Shown one piece after another: positions 28,801 to 42,599 of a DNA stretch of 64,000 nt. Each line of letters begins with the position of its first letter. Within the stretch, counting starts at the first letter, position 1. Under the pieces are notes generated by a model. That model did no database searches, had not been told where the DNA came from, and saw nothing but the letters and a program-made list of their open reading frames with translations. The position numbers and the translations under genes were made by a program. The stretch lies in the NCBI GenBank assembly GCA_964016885.1, contig OZ024743.1, positions 243,846,001 to 243,910,000 on the forward strand, read 5' to 3'. The DNA comes from Eledone cirrhosa (taxonomy: Eukaryota).

Positions 28801-29788
28801 GCGCTTCTGTCAGCAATTTGAAGTTGTTTGGTCAAAAGCGTATATAAGAGAAGGTTGCAGCATGTATTTTTTTTTCGAGTTTTAAGTGGAGTAGAGAGAG
28901 GGAATCACATTGTATTAGAGGGGTAAAGCGTTATGTATTTAGTTTTATCGATTATTTCCGTAATTGTGGGTGATTTTGAAATAAATAAATAGTCGTTGAC
29001 CTAAGTTAGACTATTTACAACATTCTTACAGAGGCAAATACATAACTCACAGTTTGTTGAAAGCGCGCTTCTGTCAGCAATGTGAAGTTGTTTGGCCAAA
29101 AATCCCTATGTGGTTTTTTTTTTTCACTCAATAAACGTGTAAATATGTTATACACAAAATGTAATTGTGTGTGAGTTGGATTATAGATGTCTTAAAAAAA
29201 GATTTGTCGCTATTTTTCTAGTTGTTGAATAAATTTATCTGTTACGTTTGAATAATTGTAGTTTGGTATAAAATATAAGCGTCATATATTTAACGTTTGT
29301 CTCTGTCTCTCACTCTCTGGCTCACTCCTTTATTTTTTTCTCTCTCTCTAAAGGAAATTATTAAGGAGTGGGTTTATAAGCGTATCTAAGAGAAGGTTGC
29401 AGCATGTATTTTTTTTCGATTTTTAAGGGGAGTAGAGAGAGGATTTCAGATTGTAATAGAGGGGTAAAGCGTCATGTTTAACGTTTGTCTCAGTCTCTCA
29501 CTCTCTGTCTCACTCCTTTATTTTTTTCTCTCTCTCTCTCTAAAGGAAATTAGTAAGGAGTGGGTAGGTTGCAGCATGTATTTTATTTTCGATTTTTAAG
29601 GGAAGTTAGGGAAATCAGATTGTATTAGAGGGGTAAAGCGTCATGTATTTAGTTTTATCGATTATTTCCGTAATTCTGGGTGAGTTTGAAATAAATAGTC
29701 GTTGACCTAAGTTAGATCATTTAGTACATTCTTACAGACTTTGAGTCGAATCGGTTTGAAATTGTGGAAATGTATAAACATGGAACAT

Positions 29789-29873
<85 letters not shown>

Positions 29874-29895
29874 ACCACCATCTGCCTTTTATAGA
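25860..29895 (-). mobile_element. Internally deleted Helitron
   Basis: 5' A|TCTATAAAAGGCAG at 29895, (TG)n, tandem subterminal repeats 28770-29720 and RepHel coding remnants; 3' CTAG end not found. Confidence 0.85.
25906..28660 (-). pseudogene. Helitron RepHel remnant (N-terminal repeats, zinc finger, helitron-like N domain, Pif1 helicase C-half)
   Basis: [106 protein letters not shown]; frameshifted. Confidence 0.9.
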
Positions 29896-30016
29896 TAATT
29901 ATATATATATATGTATATATATATAGTAAAAAATTGAACGGGAACAAAACAGAGAGGCAGTACGAACAAAGGTTTATTAGTTTCACGCTCTTGAGAGTGG
30001 GGTGGTGGTGGGGAAC

Positions 30017-30044
30017 GACGTTTCGGGCATAAGCCCTTCTTCAG
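30017..30044 (-). ncRNA. Minimal hammerhead core at the PLE terminus
   Basis: CTGAAGA-a-gggc-ttat-gccc-GAAAC-GTC, about 90 nt from the element 3' end. Confidence 0.8.
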
Positions 30045-31561
30045 GTGAAAAGTGTGTGGGAAGAGAGTTCCAAGGGTGTGTAGGGGAGTGGTGGAGAGAC
30101 ATATAGAAAAAGGGGGTGAGAGGAAACGGTACAAATGAAATTAAATATAAAAGCATGATAAAAATAAAAATAAACATGAAGTAAAACAGGTGGTGGAAGG
30201 ATGTGGGGCGTGTAGGGGTGGTGGCGGGTGGAGTGGGGAGAGGGAGGCGGGGTGTCCGAGCGGGGAGGGCTGAAGGTGGTGTGTGTGTATAGGTGTACGT
30301 GTGTGTGTGTGTGTATGTGAAAGTAAGAGTTGGGGGAAGAACGGGGTTGCATGTTAAGGAAGAGGTGTGTGTGGGGTGGGGTGTAGGTCGGAGTGTGTGT
30401 GCGTGTGTGGATGGGGAGGGGTCAGAGGGGGGGGGAGAGGATTCCGGAGGCTGAGTGTGTAAATATGTGGTGGTACGCACGTGTGTGTGTGGTGTTTATG
30501 CGTGTTGTGGGTGTAGGTGGCGTGTGGGAAAAAATTTTTTTTGAGTGTATGTCAGTGGGTGAGTCCTTAAGTTAGTTCCGTAGAGGATGTGGTGGAATGC
30601 TGGGTAATATCATTGGGATGTGGTGGATTCTAGGGATCGATGTTCACATATGTGTAATCCGTGAAGAGATTGGTCGGAAGAGGGGAGATGTGAGGTGCGC
30701 GCGCAACAGGAAGTGGTCAGAGGGTCAAGGCAGGAGGAGGGTTGTGTGTCTGTGTGTGCGGGGAGGTGGTCAGAGATAAGGGCATAGCAGCAGTCGGGTA
30801 GAATGGTAAGTGAAGAAAATCGGTGTGTCAGTGTGTGCGGAGGTGCGGTGGACAGGGGAGAGGATGGGTAGGTGTGAAAGCTGGAGTGAGGAGGGGTGTG
30901 TGTGTATTAGTAGAGGTGTTAGTGGGATGTGTGTGTGTGTGTGAGAAAGGGTGTGGGTGGAGCGGGGAGAGAAGGGTGTGGGGGCCGGTGGAGGGAGTGT
31001 AGTGTACTGGTGTGTGTGTGCGTGTTTGGATGAGTGTGTGTGTGGTGAAGGAGGTGTTAGTGGGTGTTAGTATACTGGAGGTGGGGAAAGGGTTGAATGC
31101 GGGTGTGAGTGGGGGTCAGTGGTGGTAGGGTGTGTAGAGTGGGTGGTGTAAGAGGGTGTGTGTGTTCGTGTGCGTAGGGTTGGCGGGTATTAGTGATGTT
31201 AGTTGCGTGTAGAGTGGGTGGTGTAAGTGGGTGTGTGTGTTCGTGTGCTTGGGGTCGGGGGGTGTTAGTGATGTTAGTTGCGGGGTGGTGGGGTGGATGT
31301 GTGGGGGTGAGGGTTAGTGGTGGTAGTAGGGTGTGTGTTTAGTGTGAGCGCGTGTATATATGTACCGCTGGGTGTGTGCGTGTGATAAGGAGAGGGGGGG
31401 GGGGAGAAGAAGGGAGGGATGTTAGTATGTTAGTTGGGGAAGGGTGGTCGGGTGTGGGGTGGAGGTGTTAGTATTGTTAGTTGTGGGGTGGGCGGTGAAA
31501 AGGAGGGGTGTGTTAGTGGTGTTAGTGGGGGATATGTGTGGGGGGAGGGGGCGGTCGAAGG

Positions 31562-33311
31562 CTAAAGGAATAAGGGTGGGGAGTTCAGGCCGGGGGGAGT
31601 GTGGGTCTGTAGGGTGAAGATGGTTCGTTCTTCGACCCTGAGGAGAGTGGCGGGTGTTCCGTGGCATTGGAGGTGGTGTGCGGAATGTCCAGGGGCACCA
31701 AAGTGGCGGGCGATGGGGGAACTACCACCGAGACGAATATCTCGGAGGTGTTCAGTAAACCGGTCCGTCAGGCGACGTCCAGTCTGTCCGACGTAGACTA
31801 GGTTGGAGGAGATGCAGCGGAAGGCATGCCGGACAGAGAGAGAGTGACCGTTGGGACCCTGGAAGGTGGTGGTGCTGGTGATGTGGGGACAGGTGTTGCA
31901 GCGGGCCTGGAACAGGGAAGGGAACCGGGGGGGGGGCATGGGTAGGGGCCGTGGACGAGGAGGGTGCAGAGATTGCGTGCGCGTTTGAAGGAGGGGAGTG
32001 GTGGGGCTGGGAAGATGTGGGAGGTGGAGGGGTCGGACTGGAGGCGTCGGAAGAGGCGGAGGATGGTGCTGTGGAGGGGTATGGTGGAGGGGTGGTAGGT
32101 GATGGGGAAGGGGAGACGGTGGGTGTGCGGTGGCGTGGGGTGAGGGTGGTGGAGCGGTGGACAGCACGGGCGCGGGTGAGAGCGGTGTGGACGATAGAGG
32201 GGGGTAACCTCTGCGGATGAAATGGCTGACTAGGGAAAGGGCCTGGGACTCAAAGTCAGCATCCCGGCTACAGAGGCGGCGGATCCTGAGGAGTTGGGAG
32301 TAGGGAATAGAGTGTTTTGTGTGTGTGGGGTGGGAAGAGGTGAAGTCGAGGTAGGAGTGGGAGTCGGTGGGTTTGAAGAAGGCGGAGGTGACGAGGGAGT
32401 GGTGGGAGGGGTCGAAGGCGACGGAGAGGTCTAAGAAGTGGACGTGGGTGGTGGAGATAGAGGTGGTGAAGTGGAGGGAGGGGTGGAAGGAGCAGAAGAA
32501 GGAGAGAAAGGAGTCGAGCTGTTCTCGGGTGAGGGTCGTGGCTCCGATACAGTCGGCGATGTAACGACCGTACAGTTCGGGCGTGGGGCCGGTGTACTGG
32601 GCAAATATTTGGGCCTCAACATGGCCAACAAAAAGGTTGGCATAGTTTGGGCCCATTCTTGTACCCATGGCTACCCCCGTGACCTGTTGGTAAAACTCAC
32701 CCGAGAAGGAGAAACAGTTGAGGGTGAGGACCAGCTCGGCGAGGCGAAGGCGGGTGGGGGTGGAGGGGATGGGGGAGGGGCGAAGGTCGAGGTAGTGCTT
32801 GAGGGCACGTAGGCCGTCGGCGTGGGGGATGATGGTATAGAGGGACTTGATGTCTAGGGTGAAGAGGAAGGGGTGTGGGCCGGGTGGGTAGGTGAAGGAG
32901 TCGAAAAGGCGCAGGGCGTGGTTGGTGTCGGAGATGTGGGACGGGAGGGTGGTGACAAGGGGGTCGAGGATGGAGTCAAGAAAGGCGGAGATGAGTTCGG
33001 TGGGGCAGTTGCAAGCGGAGACGATGGGGAGGCCGGGGTTGTCGGGTTTGTGGAGTTTGGGGAGGAAGTAGATGGTGGGGGTGCGGGGGTGCGGACGATG
33101 AGGTGGGAAGCGGTGGGGGGGGGGGGAAGAGACAAGGTGTTGGATGGTGGAGGAAACTTGTTGTTGGTAGAGGGGTGTGGGATCGGAGGGTAGAGGGCGG
33201 TAGAAGAGGGGGTTACGGAGTTGCCTGAGGGCTTCGGCCGTGTAGAGGTCCGCGCGCCACACCACCACGGCGCCTCCCTTGTCCGCCGGTGTGATGACGA
33301 TGTCATCTCGG

Positions 33312-33313
<2 letters not shown>
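31562..33313 (-). pseudogene. PLE RT-GIY-YIG polyprotein fragment
   Basis: ITPADKGGAVVVW, YFLPKLHK, TLDIKSLYT, GVAMGTRMGPNYANLF, RYIAD (YIDD mutated), HFLDL, CNTC, VYVGQTGRRLTDRFTEH. The linker is out of frame (PITYHP...FKRARNL lies in another frame). Confidence 0.9.
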
Positions 33314-33404
<91 letters not shown>

Positions 33405-33758
33405 TGTTTATATGTATCCATTGCATTGCCTATAAGAATCTACGCCATAAATTTGGACAGCTCAAATTATAGTTCTCTCTGTTGCTTGCCTTTCAGTTTC
33501 TGAACAGATTCAAATGGAGTTTCAGCTGATTCAAGTTTTTGACGCTCAATAATCAACCACTAAACAACCATCCTGTGTCAAATTAATCGACAAGGAATTT
33601 ATAATAAATTGAAGTAAAACCCAGCAGGTGCGTGTGTTTTTATTGGGAGTGTGACCCTCCGAAAGTATAGCAATATCTGTTTCAACACAGATTTTCAGTT
33701 AAGAAATCTTGCATAACAAATACAAAAACAGAGTATCTCTCTCTCTCCCTCCCTTCCC

Positions 33759-33859
<101 letters not shown>

Positions 33860-33870
33860 TAGATAGATAT

Positions 33871-33950
33871 ATTTCTTTATTAGCCACAGGGGCACAAAAG
33901 AAGGGGACAAATACAAAGGGGGAAGTTTACATACAATAAAAACGTGTAAA
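33871..33950 (-). mobile_element. 3' UTR stub of an L1/Tx1 relative of the 17911 element in (GATA)n
   Basis: tgtaaacttccccctttgtatttgtcccc...tgcccctgtggctaataaagaaa vs 19616-19673. Confidence 0.75.
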
Positions 33951-33987
33951 ATAGATAGATAGATAGATATATAGATATATAATATAA

Positions 33988-34243
33988 TAATACAAGGACG
34001 ATTTGTTAAGCCTTCATTGCGTTTATTGATTGGTGACGCGCGTTTCGCTATTGATCAGCTCAAGGTTCGATCTGTATCGATCTGGCCCGACTCTGGAATC
34101 AAAAGCTCGTCGGACCACTGCTGTTGCAATGACAGAATCGGGCCAGATCGATACAGATCGAACCTTGAGCTGATCAATAGCGAAACGTGCATCACCAATC
34201 AATAAACGTAATGAAGGCTTAACAAATCGTCCTGGTAGTATTA
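33988..34243. mobile_element. Fold-back insert (4621 family)
   Basis: Arms about 33988-34091 and 34137-34238. Confidence 0.8.
34031..34117 (-). ncRNA. Type I hammerhead candidate with variant CCGACGA core
   Basis: tggt-CCGACGA-gct.t.ttgatt...gatcaa.t.agc-GAAAC-gcgc-GTC-acca. Confidence 0.65.
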
Positions 34244-34246
34244 TGG

Positions 34247-34361
34247 ACTGAGTTCAAATCCCGCCGAGGTTAACTTTGCTTTTAATCCTTACGGGGTCGA
34301 TAAAATAAAGTACCAGTAATACACTGGGATAATTGCTGACCTTGTGCCAAAAAATAGAAAC
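34247..34361 (+). mobile_element. SINE family A (5'-truncated)
   Basis: Box B through the tail. Confidence 0.85.
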
Positions 34362-34412
34362 ACTCTGTCTAGCTCTACACCTCACCACTGACGTGAACCT
34401 AAACATCGAGTG

Positions 34413-34492
<80 letters not shown>

Positions 34493-34513
34493 CATATATA
34501 TATATATATATAT

Positions 34514-34627
34514 AGCCGAGATGACATCGTCATCACACCGGCGGACAAGGGAGGCGCCGTGGTGGTGTGGCGCGCGGACCTCTACACGGCCGAAGCCCTC
34601 AGGCAGCTCCGTAACCCCCTCTTCTAC
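34514..34627 (+). mobile_element. Inverted copy of the first 114 bp of the PLE at 33313
   Basis: One mismatch seen versus 33200-33313; identical 5' breakpoint. Confidence 0.9.
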
Positions 34628-34807
34628 ATACATATATGTACGTCTGTATACATATATGTATGTACGTGTACATACTTATATTTAAGTAACAGCCGTACTA
34701 ATAGTGGGAAATGAAATTTCGTTTCATTTTTTCCGTATATATATATGCATATCTATATATATGTATGTATATATGTATGTATAGATGTATGTATATATAT
34801 ATGTATG

Positions 34808-34888
<81 letters not shown>

Positions 34889-34987
34889 ATATGTATGTAT
34901 ATATGTATGTATAGATGTATGTATATATATGTATGTATATGTATGTATATATATATATGTATGTATATGTATGTATATATATGTATA

Positions 34988-35087
<100 letters not shown>

Positions 35088-35121
35088 TATATGTATGTAT
35101 ATATGTATGTCTAGATGTATG

Positions 35122-35419
<298 letters not shown>

Positions 35420-35553
35420 GGTTTGAGGTTCACCACTGGATAGAGCTGGTCTATTCCGTATGGTCAATCTTAATGTAATAATATGGAGAGTACTCAACGT
35501 AAAGCAGTTCAACTGTCTTTGTTTTTGTAGTTGGTGGTGCTAGTACGGAGTTA

Positions 35554-35719
35554 AATATTATAATGAAATGACAGGAGGCTGGATTTGTGTAAATCCTTGA
35601 AAGGTTTATTATACTATGATCATTTCAATGACTGGGTACCGGTCATTGAAATGATCATAGTATAATAAACTTTTCAAGGATTTACACAAGTCCAGCCTCC
35701 TGTCATTTCATTATAATAT

Positions 35720-35720
<1 letters not shown>
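35554..35720. repeat. Fold-back palindrome (about 80-bp arms, 3-nt loop) within an insert starting at about 35417
   Basis: aatattataatgaaatgacagg...caatgactgg-gta-ccggtcattg...cctgtcatttcattataatatt. Confidence 0.85.
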
Positions 35721-35802
<82 letters not shown>

Positions 35803-35827
35803 TGATGTATGTATATATATATATATG

Positions 35828-35933
<106 letters not shown>

Positions 35934-35963
35934 TAGATGTATGTATATATATATATATGTATG

Positions 35964-36000
<37 letters not shown>

Positions 36001-36053
36001 TATATATATGTATATATATATGTATGTATGATGTATGTATATATATATATATG

Positions 36054-36133
<80 letters not shown>

Positions 36134-36162
36134 TGATGTATGTATATATATATATATGTATG

Positions 36163-36237
<75 letters not shown>

Positions 36238-36459
36238 GTATGTATGCGCGCGCGTGTGTGTGGGTGTCTGCTTGTATTTGTGTGCATGGGAGTAGGTATT
36301 TACGCGTGTTAGTAGGAGTGAGACTGTATGGGTGGGGGTGTGTATGATTGTTAACTGGTTGCCCGTGTGTCGCTGTTTGTAACCAGCTTGTTTGTGTGGC
36401 TGGTTCTCTCTCCCCCCTCTCTCTTTCTCTATAAATATATATATATATATACAGTATAT

Positions 36460-36697
36460 ATATATATGTGAGTAAATAAATAAATATATAATTATACACA
36501 TATACATATATACACATATACATACACACACACACCCACATATATATATATATATATATATACATATGTGAGTAAATAAATAAATATATAATTATACACA
36601 TATGCATATATACACATATACATACACACACACACCCACATATATATATATATATATACATATGTGAGTAAATAAATAAATATATAATTATACACAT

Positions 36698-36762
<65 letters not shown>

Positions 36763-36830
36763 CATATGTGAGTAAATAAATAAATATATAATTATACACA
36801 TATACATATATATACACACACATATATATA
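36460..36830. repeat. Compound minisatellite, about 100-bp unit x4
   Basis: atatgtgagtaaataaataaatatataattatacacatat repeated four times. Confidence 0.85.
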
Positions 36831-37335
36831 TATATATACATACATACAAGCATACATACATTCATACATACATACCTACCTACATACATACATACATATA
36901 CGGTGACCCATATAGTTTCTGAGTGTAGATGCGTATAGAAGAAAAAAAAAAAGAATAGGTGATGTGTGGATGGGGCAGTAGAAGTGAACGCAGATGATGA
37001 TCGTGTAATTGTATGTTTCTTGAAGACTTTTGAAAATCTCACGTAGGTCACGTATCGTTTCATTGATAAATACTTGCGTAGGCCGTATTATCAACGATAC
37101 AATTTGGTAAACGATCGATTCCACTTATTGACTAGTCTTTCTTCTAGAATATACTTATTTGTATTTACATTGCCAAAAGATGTTCTAACCATGAGCTTAT
37201 CTCTTTTAATGGCATTCTTTTCAAAAGACAGCCTGATTTTAATCTAATAATATTGTCATTGCAAAAAAGTGCACGAAGTGGAATAGTTTCCTGTTCTCTT
37301 TTATTCTTTTACTTTGATATATATATGTATATCGC

Positions 37336-37586
37336 GACGTGACACAAAATTCTATAAGTATTTAGCTTAATTGCTATAAATTAATGTTTTGTCTCTCGTC
37401 TCTTACTCCACTGGACAGCGTTTGGCTTATGTCAGACGCTGTGACCCCGAGTGGACCAGCAGTACCGTTGGTAGGGGTTGAAACTGCCAAAGCTCACCTC
37501 AGCGGGCGATGATCATGGAGTTCTGTGTCCGTTTGTATTTTTATTTTATTTTAATATTTTTTAAGGTTTCCTTTTGTTTTGTTTCC

Positions 37587-37620
<34 letters not shown>

Positions 37621-37659
37621 GGAAACAAAACAAAAGGAAACCTTAAAAAAATATTAAAA
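37336..37659 (+). mobile_element. Copy of the 15603 family with its 3' 43 bp mirrored across a (TA)n tract
   Basis: 37549-37591 is inverted at 37616-37659. Confidence 0.75.
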
Positions 37660-37689
37660 GAAAAAATATATATATATATATATATATAT

Positions 37690-38060
37690 AAAATAATTAA
37701 GTCAAATATTTAAAATTTGGCTTCGTTTATTAAAGATGTACTGCTATATATATGTTCCTCAGAGAAATAACAATCCAACCAAGCTGGACATATCGGAGTA
37801 TTGACGGAGTAAAACACTTCAACAACATGTGTACCTGTCTCTGCCACACCAATTCGGACTGCCTGAAGAGGTCACAGCCAATGATGGCTGTCACCGAAAT
37901 ATATATAGCAGTACATCTTTAATAAACGAACCCAAATTTTAAATATTTGACTTAATTATTTTACATTACTCCGGAGTAACCAAACCAACCTGCGTACTTC
38001 GTCGAGTGCTCCAATCTACATACTGAGGTGTCGGTAAACAACCAACATATACTCAAAATT
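37690..38060 (+). mobile_element. Fold-back insert with intact hammerhead and about 100-nt tail
   Basis: Arms 37690-37757 and 37895-37962; (TA)n on both sides. Confidence 0.8.
37858..37912 (+). ncRNA. Complete type I hammerhead ribozyme candidate
   Basis: actgc-CTGAAGA-ggt.c.acagcca-atga-tggctgt.c.acc-GAAA-t-atat-at-A-gcagt; predicted cleavage after 37907. Confidence 0.85.
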
Positions 38061-38559
38061 TATATATATATAAGATATTATTAATCCGGTACCAACGATG
38101 TCTTTAAAAAACATATATAAGCTTATCATTCAGTAAACTTTGAAGTGTTACTATTATTAAGGAAGCGGCATTTGACTTCGCGACTAATATTTTAAGTATA
38201 GAAAAGGGCAAAGTCTACGAGAGCGTCTGCCTGACATTCAGGAATGAGAGGCATGCGAACAGAGAAGCAGAAATAGTGTACGAAATCCCCGTGGTCAGTT
38301 TCTAATTAAAAAAGAAAATTATATTTCTTTGATATTTCTCCAAAATATCTTCAGCTATATTCGCAAGAAACCATTTTTGCCGCAATTCAACAGTGATAAA
38401 ATAAATTTACTCAAGATGTGTCAACGAACAATGAAGTCTCCTCCGTACCTTATTTGCTACTGATCAAAGATTACGGATGTATTATGATGAATGAGTAAGA
38501 TATGTTCCGTAAAGGAAGGGGAAAAACGGATACAACAACACACAGTCGAGAAAGGGATA

Positions 38560-38960
38560 GATGGAATTCAAATAAACTATACGAGAAAGATGGTTGAGAA
38601 ATGTTCTAAATGTGGTGTATTCATGTGGTTAAATGACAGAATGTGTTGTGGAAATAGACAGGTACCTCTACCATCGCGTAAACTTAAAGAACTATTAGCT
38701 TCAATTACCGACAAATGTGTCAAATTTAGATCTAATAAGGCTTGAAATTAAGCTTTAGCTTACACAACCTCAAGTGTAATAAGCACCGAAGAACCCACAA
38801 GATTTGTAAATGTATACAATACACGGTGAGTTTCTTCCATCGATTGCCTTCACATTTATTCTTCCACACACACCAGTAAAAACAATTCGTTTCAATATAT
38901 ATTTACAATACAGGCTTACTTTAAACAACCTATTCAATGCAAAACACGCTATCTTCAAGA
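38560..38960 (+). pseudogene. Old Helitron RepHel N-terminal remnant
   Basis: MVEKCSKCGVFMWLNDRMCCGNRQVPLP...LKELL...VKFRSN parallels the zinc-finger region at 27772-27996. Confidence 0.6.
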
Positions 38961-38992
38961 TAGAGTGTTCACACTAACACACACACACACAC

Positions 38993-39066
<74 letters not shown>

Positions 39067-39544
39067 CATATATACAAAGGTAGATAGATATATCGATAGA
39101 TATTGTGCATATACAGTATTTAAACATACAATCTATTATTTACATACAAAATATAGTGTTTTGTCCAAAGTTAATGGTCCAAATCGCCGGTCTGATATGC
39201 TAACACCTAAGCTTAAAAGTTTCGAGAAAATACTAATGACAATCAATTGTCCTTATATTTCATAAATAACGTTTACACCGTTTACACCTGGATATAGAAT
39301 TATAGAATAATATCTTTAGAATATGTTTTAACACACTACACGCGCACGCACACACACCCAAACACACACATATACACACACACGCGCATATACACACACA
39401 CTCGCATACACATGTATATGTATGCATGAATGCATGTAATACATACTATATAGATACACGCACGCACACACATACACATACACACACACATACACACACA
39501 CACACACACACACATGTATGTATGTATGTATGTATGTATGTATG

Positions 39545-39575
<31 letters not shown>

Positions 39576-39600
39576 GTATGTATGTATGTATGTATGTATG

Positions 39601-40207
39601 TCAGGTCACCAGTTGGTGCTACTGGTAACATGTATCCCAGTACAACCTGTCTCATGGTCGGGTCGCTGGCGACTAAACTGGCAACCCCACCAAGGTTTCT
39701 TGGTGAGGAGGGTCACTTTGGACATCCTGCAGGACTAAAAACAAAACCTGTCAAAGGGCAAAGAAGCTCTTAAGAGTCAATGGCCATCCAAAATCACCGG
39801 GAGAGATAACCCCTTAGCTTTTGTCAAGGCAGAATTCTAGGAGAAGGAAAACTCTGATATAACACCTGCAACTCAGATGGTATCCAATGATGTTGACTTG
39901 TTCTTCTTTTTGGTAAATATCATCTTGGTTAAGAGAGTGGGACTGGCTTTGTGCAGTGCCTTTGCTCACTATAAAAGCTTCACGGCATAGGCATTGCTTT
40001 ATATCTGGAGATCTCTCTGCACTTGTCGTCACATGGTATCATGGGCCCAGCACTATGTGTCAATAATTGTCACAAGTGTAGTGTTTGTACCAGAGTTTTC
40101 AAGTCGCTGGCTGGACTAAAAAGTCACACTTGTTCGGCGCATCGGTAGGGGTTCTCCTACATGGATATAAAGTAGTGGCCGTACTCGAAAACGAGTTGGC
40201 AGCCACC
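39601..40207 (+). mobile_element. Bipartite non-autonomous RTE-derived element in (TATG)n
   Basis: Structured leader with ctggcaacccca motif joined to a 3' end encoding HKCSVCTRVFKSLAGLKSHTCSAHR* (C2H2); (TATG)n on both sides. Confidence 0.7.
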
Positions 40208-40406
40208 ATGTATGTATATATGTATGTTAGCAATAAACCATTAAATGTGTAGCTTTTTTATAACTTCAAACTATTAAATTCAATAACTATTCTTATCCAA
40301 GAGTCAAATTTTAAATTATATGTGTATTGATTTTAAAATAAGCAACATTGTGACAAATAGGAACAAAACATACAGAGAAGTCAGGTCGATTACTATAGTA
40401 AGATGT

Positions 40407-40691
40407 CTAAAGTCTATCTCTGTCTTAAGCCAGAAGGCTCGCTAGGCCGGTGCTTCTCCCGGTTTCATGGCATGAAGCGGCGGGGAGTACAAGACTTCCC
40501 CCTGGACAGGACGCCAGTTCATCGCAGGTTTACACCCCTAGCTATTGCTGGTACTCATTTTCTGCTGAATATACTGGAGCAACGTGAAATGAAGTGTTTT
40601 GCTGACGAACACAACACGCAACCCAGCCCAGGAATCGAACGCACGACATTATGATCGTAAGTCCAACACCCTTACCACTAGGCCACGCTCC
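40407..40691 (-). mobile_element. Full-length tRNA-headed SINE with V-domain-like middle and 11-bp TSD
   Basis: TSD tagtaagatgt at 40396-40406 and 40692-40702; minus strand gtggcctagtggtaaggg, gttcgattcc, cctgcgatgaactggcgtcctgtccaggg. Confidence 0.85.
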
Positions 40692-41064
40692 TAGTAAGAT
40701 GTGCAAGTTATAATGATGTTTACTGTGGGACTGTGATAATGCTTTCAGGATAATGTATTATGCTAGTTATGATAATGTTTATTTAATAATGTGAAGTTAT
40801 AACGCTTTTATGAATAATCTAATGTGAAGTCATGATAAGGTTTTCACGAATAATGTATATCACAACATCTGTCTAGTTGTTGAATTTAATAGTCCAAACT
40901 CACCAAGAAGTTACTTATTTAATGATTTGTTGCTTTCATATAATAAACCGGTAAAGTTTGTTATACGTTAGCGCGAGAAAATGAGAAGTGTATATAATAG
41001 GTGGATGTTCTAGTACCAAATGTCCATATGGTGTGAATCATGCATTCCATTTTATTTTACATGT

Positions 41065-41260
41065 GAAGGTGCGTGAGTGTTCGGCTTGCGATATATGGTC
41101 GTAAGTTCGATTCCCAGCGAGGCGTTATGTCTTTAAGCAAAACACTTTATTTCACGTTGCTTCAGACATTTGTGCTGGGAGAAATGAATTGTACCTGTCA
41201 TTCAAAAGGCCAGTCATGTCACACACTGTACCAAGCTGAATTTCCTAGAGGAATACACGA
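41065..41260 (+). mobile_element. SINE family B, abutting an inverted family A head (41262-41325)
   Basis: gaaggtgcgtg...gttcgattccc...acactttatttcacgttgct. Confidence 0.7.
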
Positions 41261-42599
41261 AAGGGTGAAAAGCAAAGTTGACCTTGGCGGGATTTGAACT
41301 CAGAGCGCAGATAGCTAGAACAAATACAGAGACAGTTAATCCAATTCCAAAAGGGCTCCGTCAATTCATCAGAGTGTAGGTAAACAGAAAGAAAAGGAAG
41401 AAAGATAAATAATTGAGCATATACAAGCAGAAAATGAACTTAATCAAATGAACGAGAACCCACAGATTTATAGTATATAATATCATGATAACACAACAGG
41501 AGTAGAACGATAAACAGAAGTATAAGAGGCTCAGACTCTAGAAGCAAGGAAGGGAAATCTATCGAAGAAACATAATCAAGAGCTATTCCAAAAGATTCTC
41601 TTGACTGAAATTACACCCCGTGCCACAAGAAGGCAGCTAGTACAGCAACACAACCAACACTCAAACATGAAAAATGTCTGACATTTAATCTAAAAATGGC
41701 GTATGAATGCAAAGTCTCTAAAAATAGCGTTTCTCAAAAGTGGTTTGGTGATCCAGCCGAACATCCATCGATCGCTGACTCTTTTGGTCGATCTGGACAG
41801 GTTAGGCGTCCCTACATTCACACTCCATGGTACTGCTGTTTCTAATGTTTTTCACGAAGTCGAACACACTCACTCATATTTAAGAATTGCGTTTATTACA
41901 TGTACCACCTGGCTTCTCTGTCACGCTAGTGTAAAAGTAGCTAACAGTGAAATTTAAAAGTTGAAAACAATAGAAATTCAGGTCTTTTACTGCAAAATTT
42001 GTCAGACTTTTTCTAATACAGAAATAGTATTGTCAACTGATCTTACAAAATTTTCCCATATCTATGAAGTAATTTCAGAACTAAAGCAACAAAATTACAT
42101 AATACAGCAGTACAGATATAAGTCGGAATCAGGTTAAGGAAAACATTGAAGTATTCAAACTTACATTCACTTTGATTAAACTTCTAGGTAGACAAACACT
42201 ACCATACAGAAGGCATCGCAGTGAATCGAGTCTTAACATTGAAAACCCGATCGCTGGATGGTAACCTTTTAGAAATGATATTGTTTGGTCCATAAAAATG
42301 CCTATAAACGTCAAAATATGACGTAAAATATAATAAAGTGGCATCCAATAGACCGGCAAATATAAATAATTTAGCGTTAAAAAAAATATATATTGCCACG
42401 AAAAAAGCCACGAAAAAAGCCACGAAAAAACCCATAAAAGATCGCGGATATTTACAATTCCGCAAATATGCCGTGGTTTCCACGAATAATTATTAGGTTC
42501 TAAGGAAAATTCTGCGAATAACCAGTACCACGAATGCCGGGACCGCGAATGCCGGGGGTACACTTACTTATGACACGGAGTACCTAAATAACCATGACC

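Larger units (their letters stand above)
29926..33313 (-). mobile_element. 5'-truncated Penelope/Poseidon-type PLE in (TA)n
   Basis: RT plus GIY-YIG, a 1.6-kb CA-rich 3' region and a terminal hammerhead; (TA)n at both ends. Confidence 0.92.
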
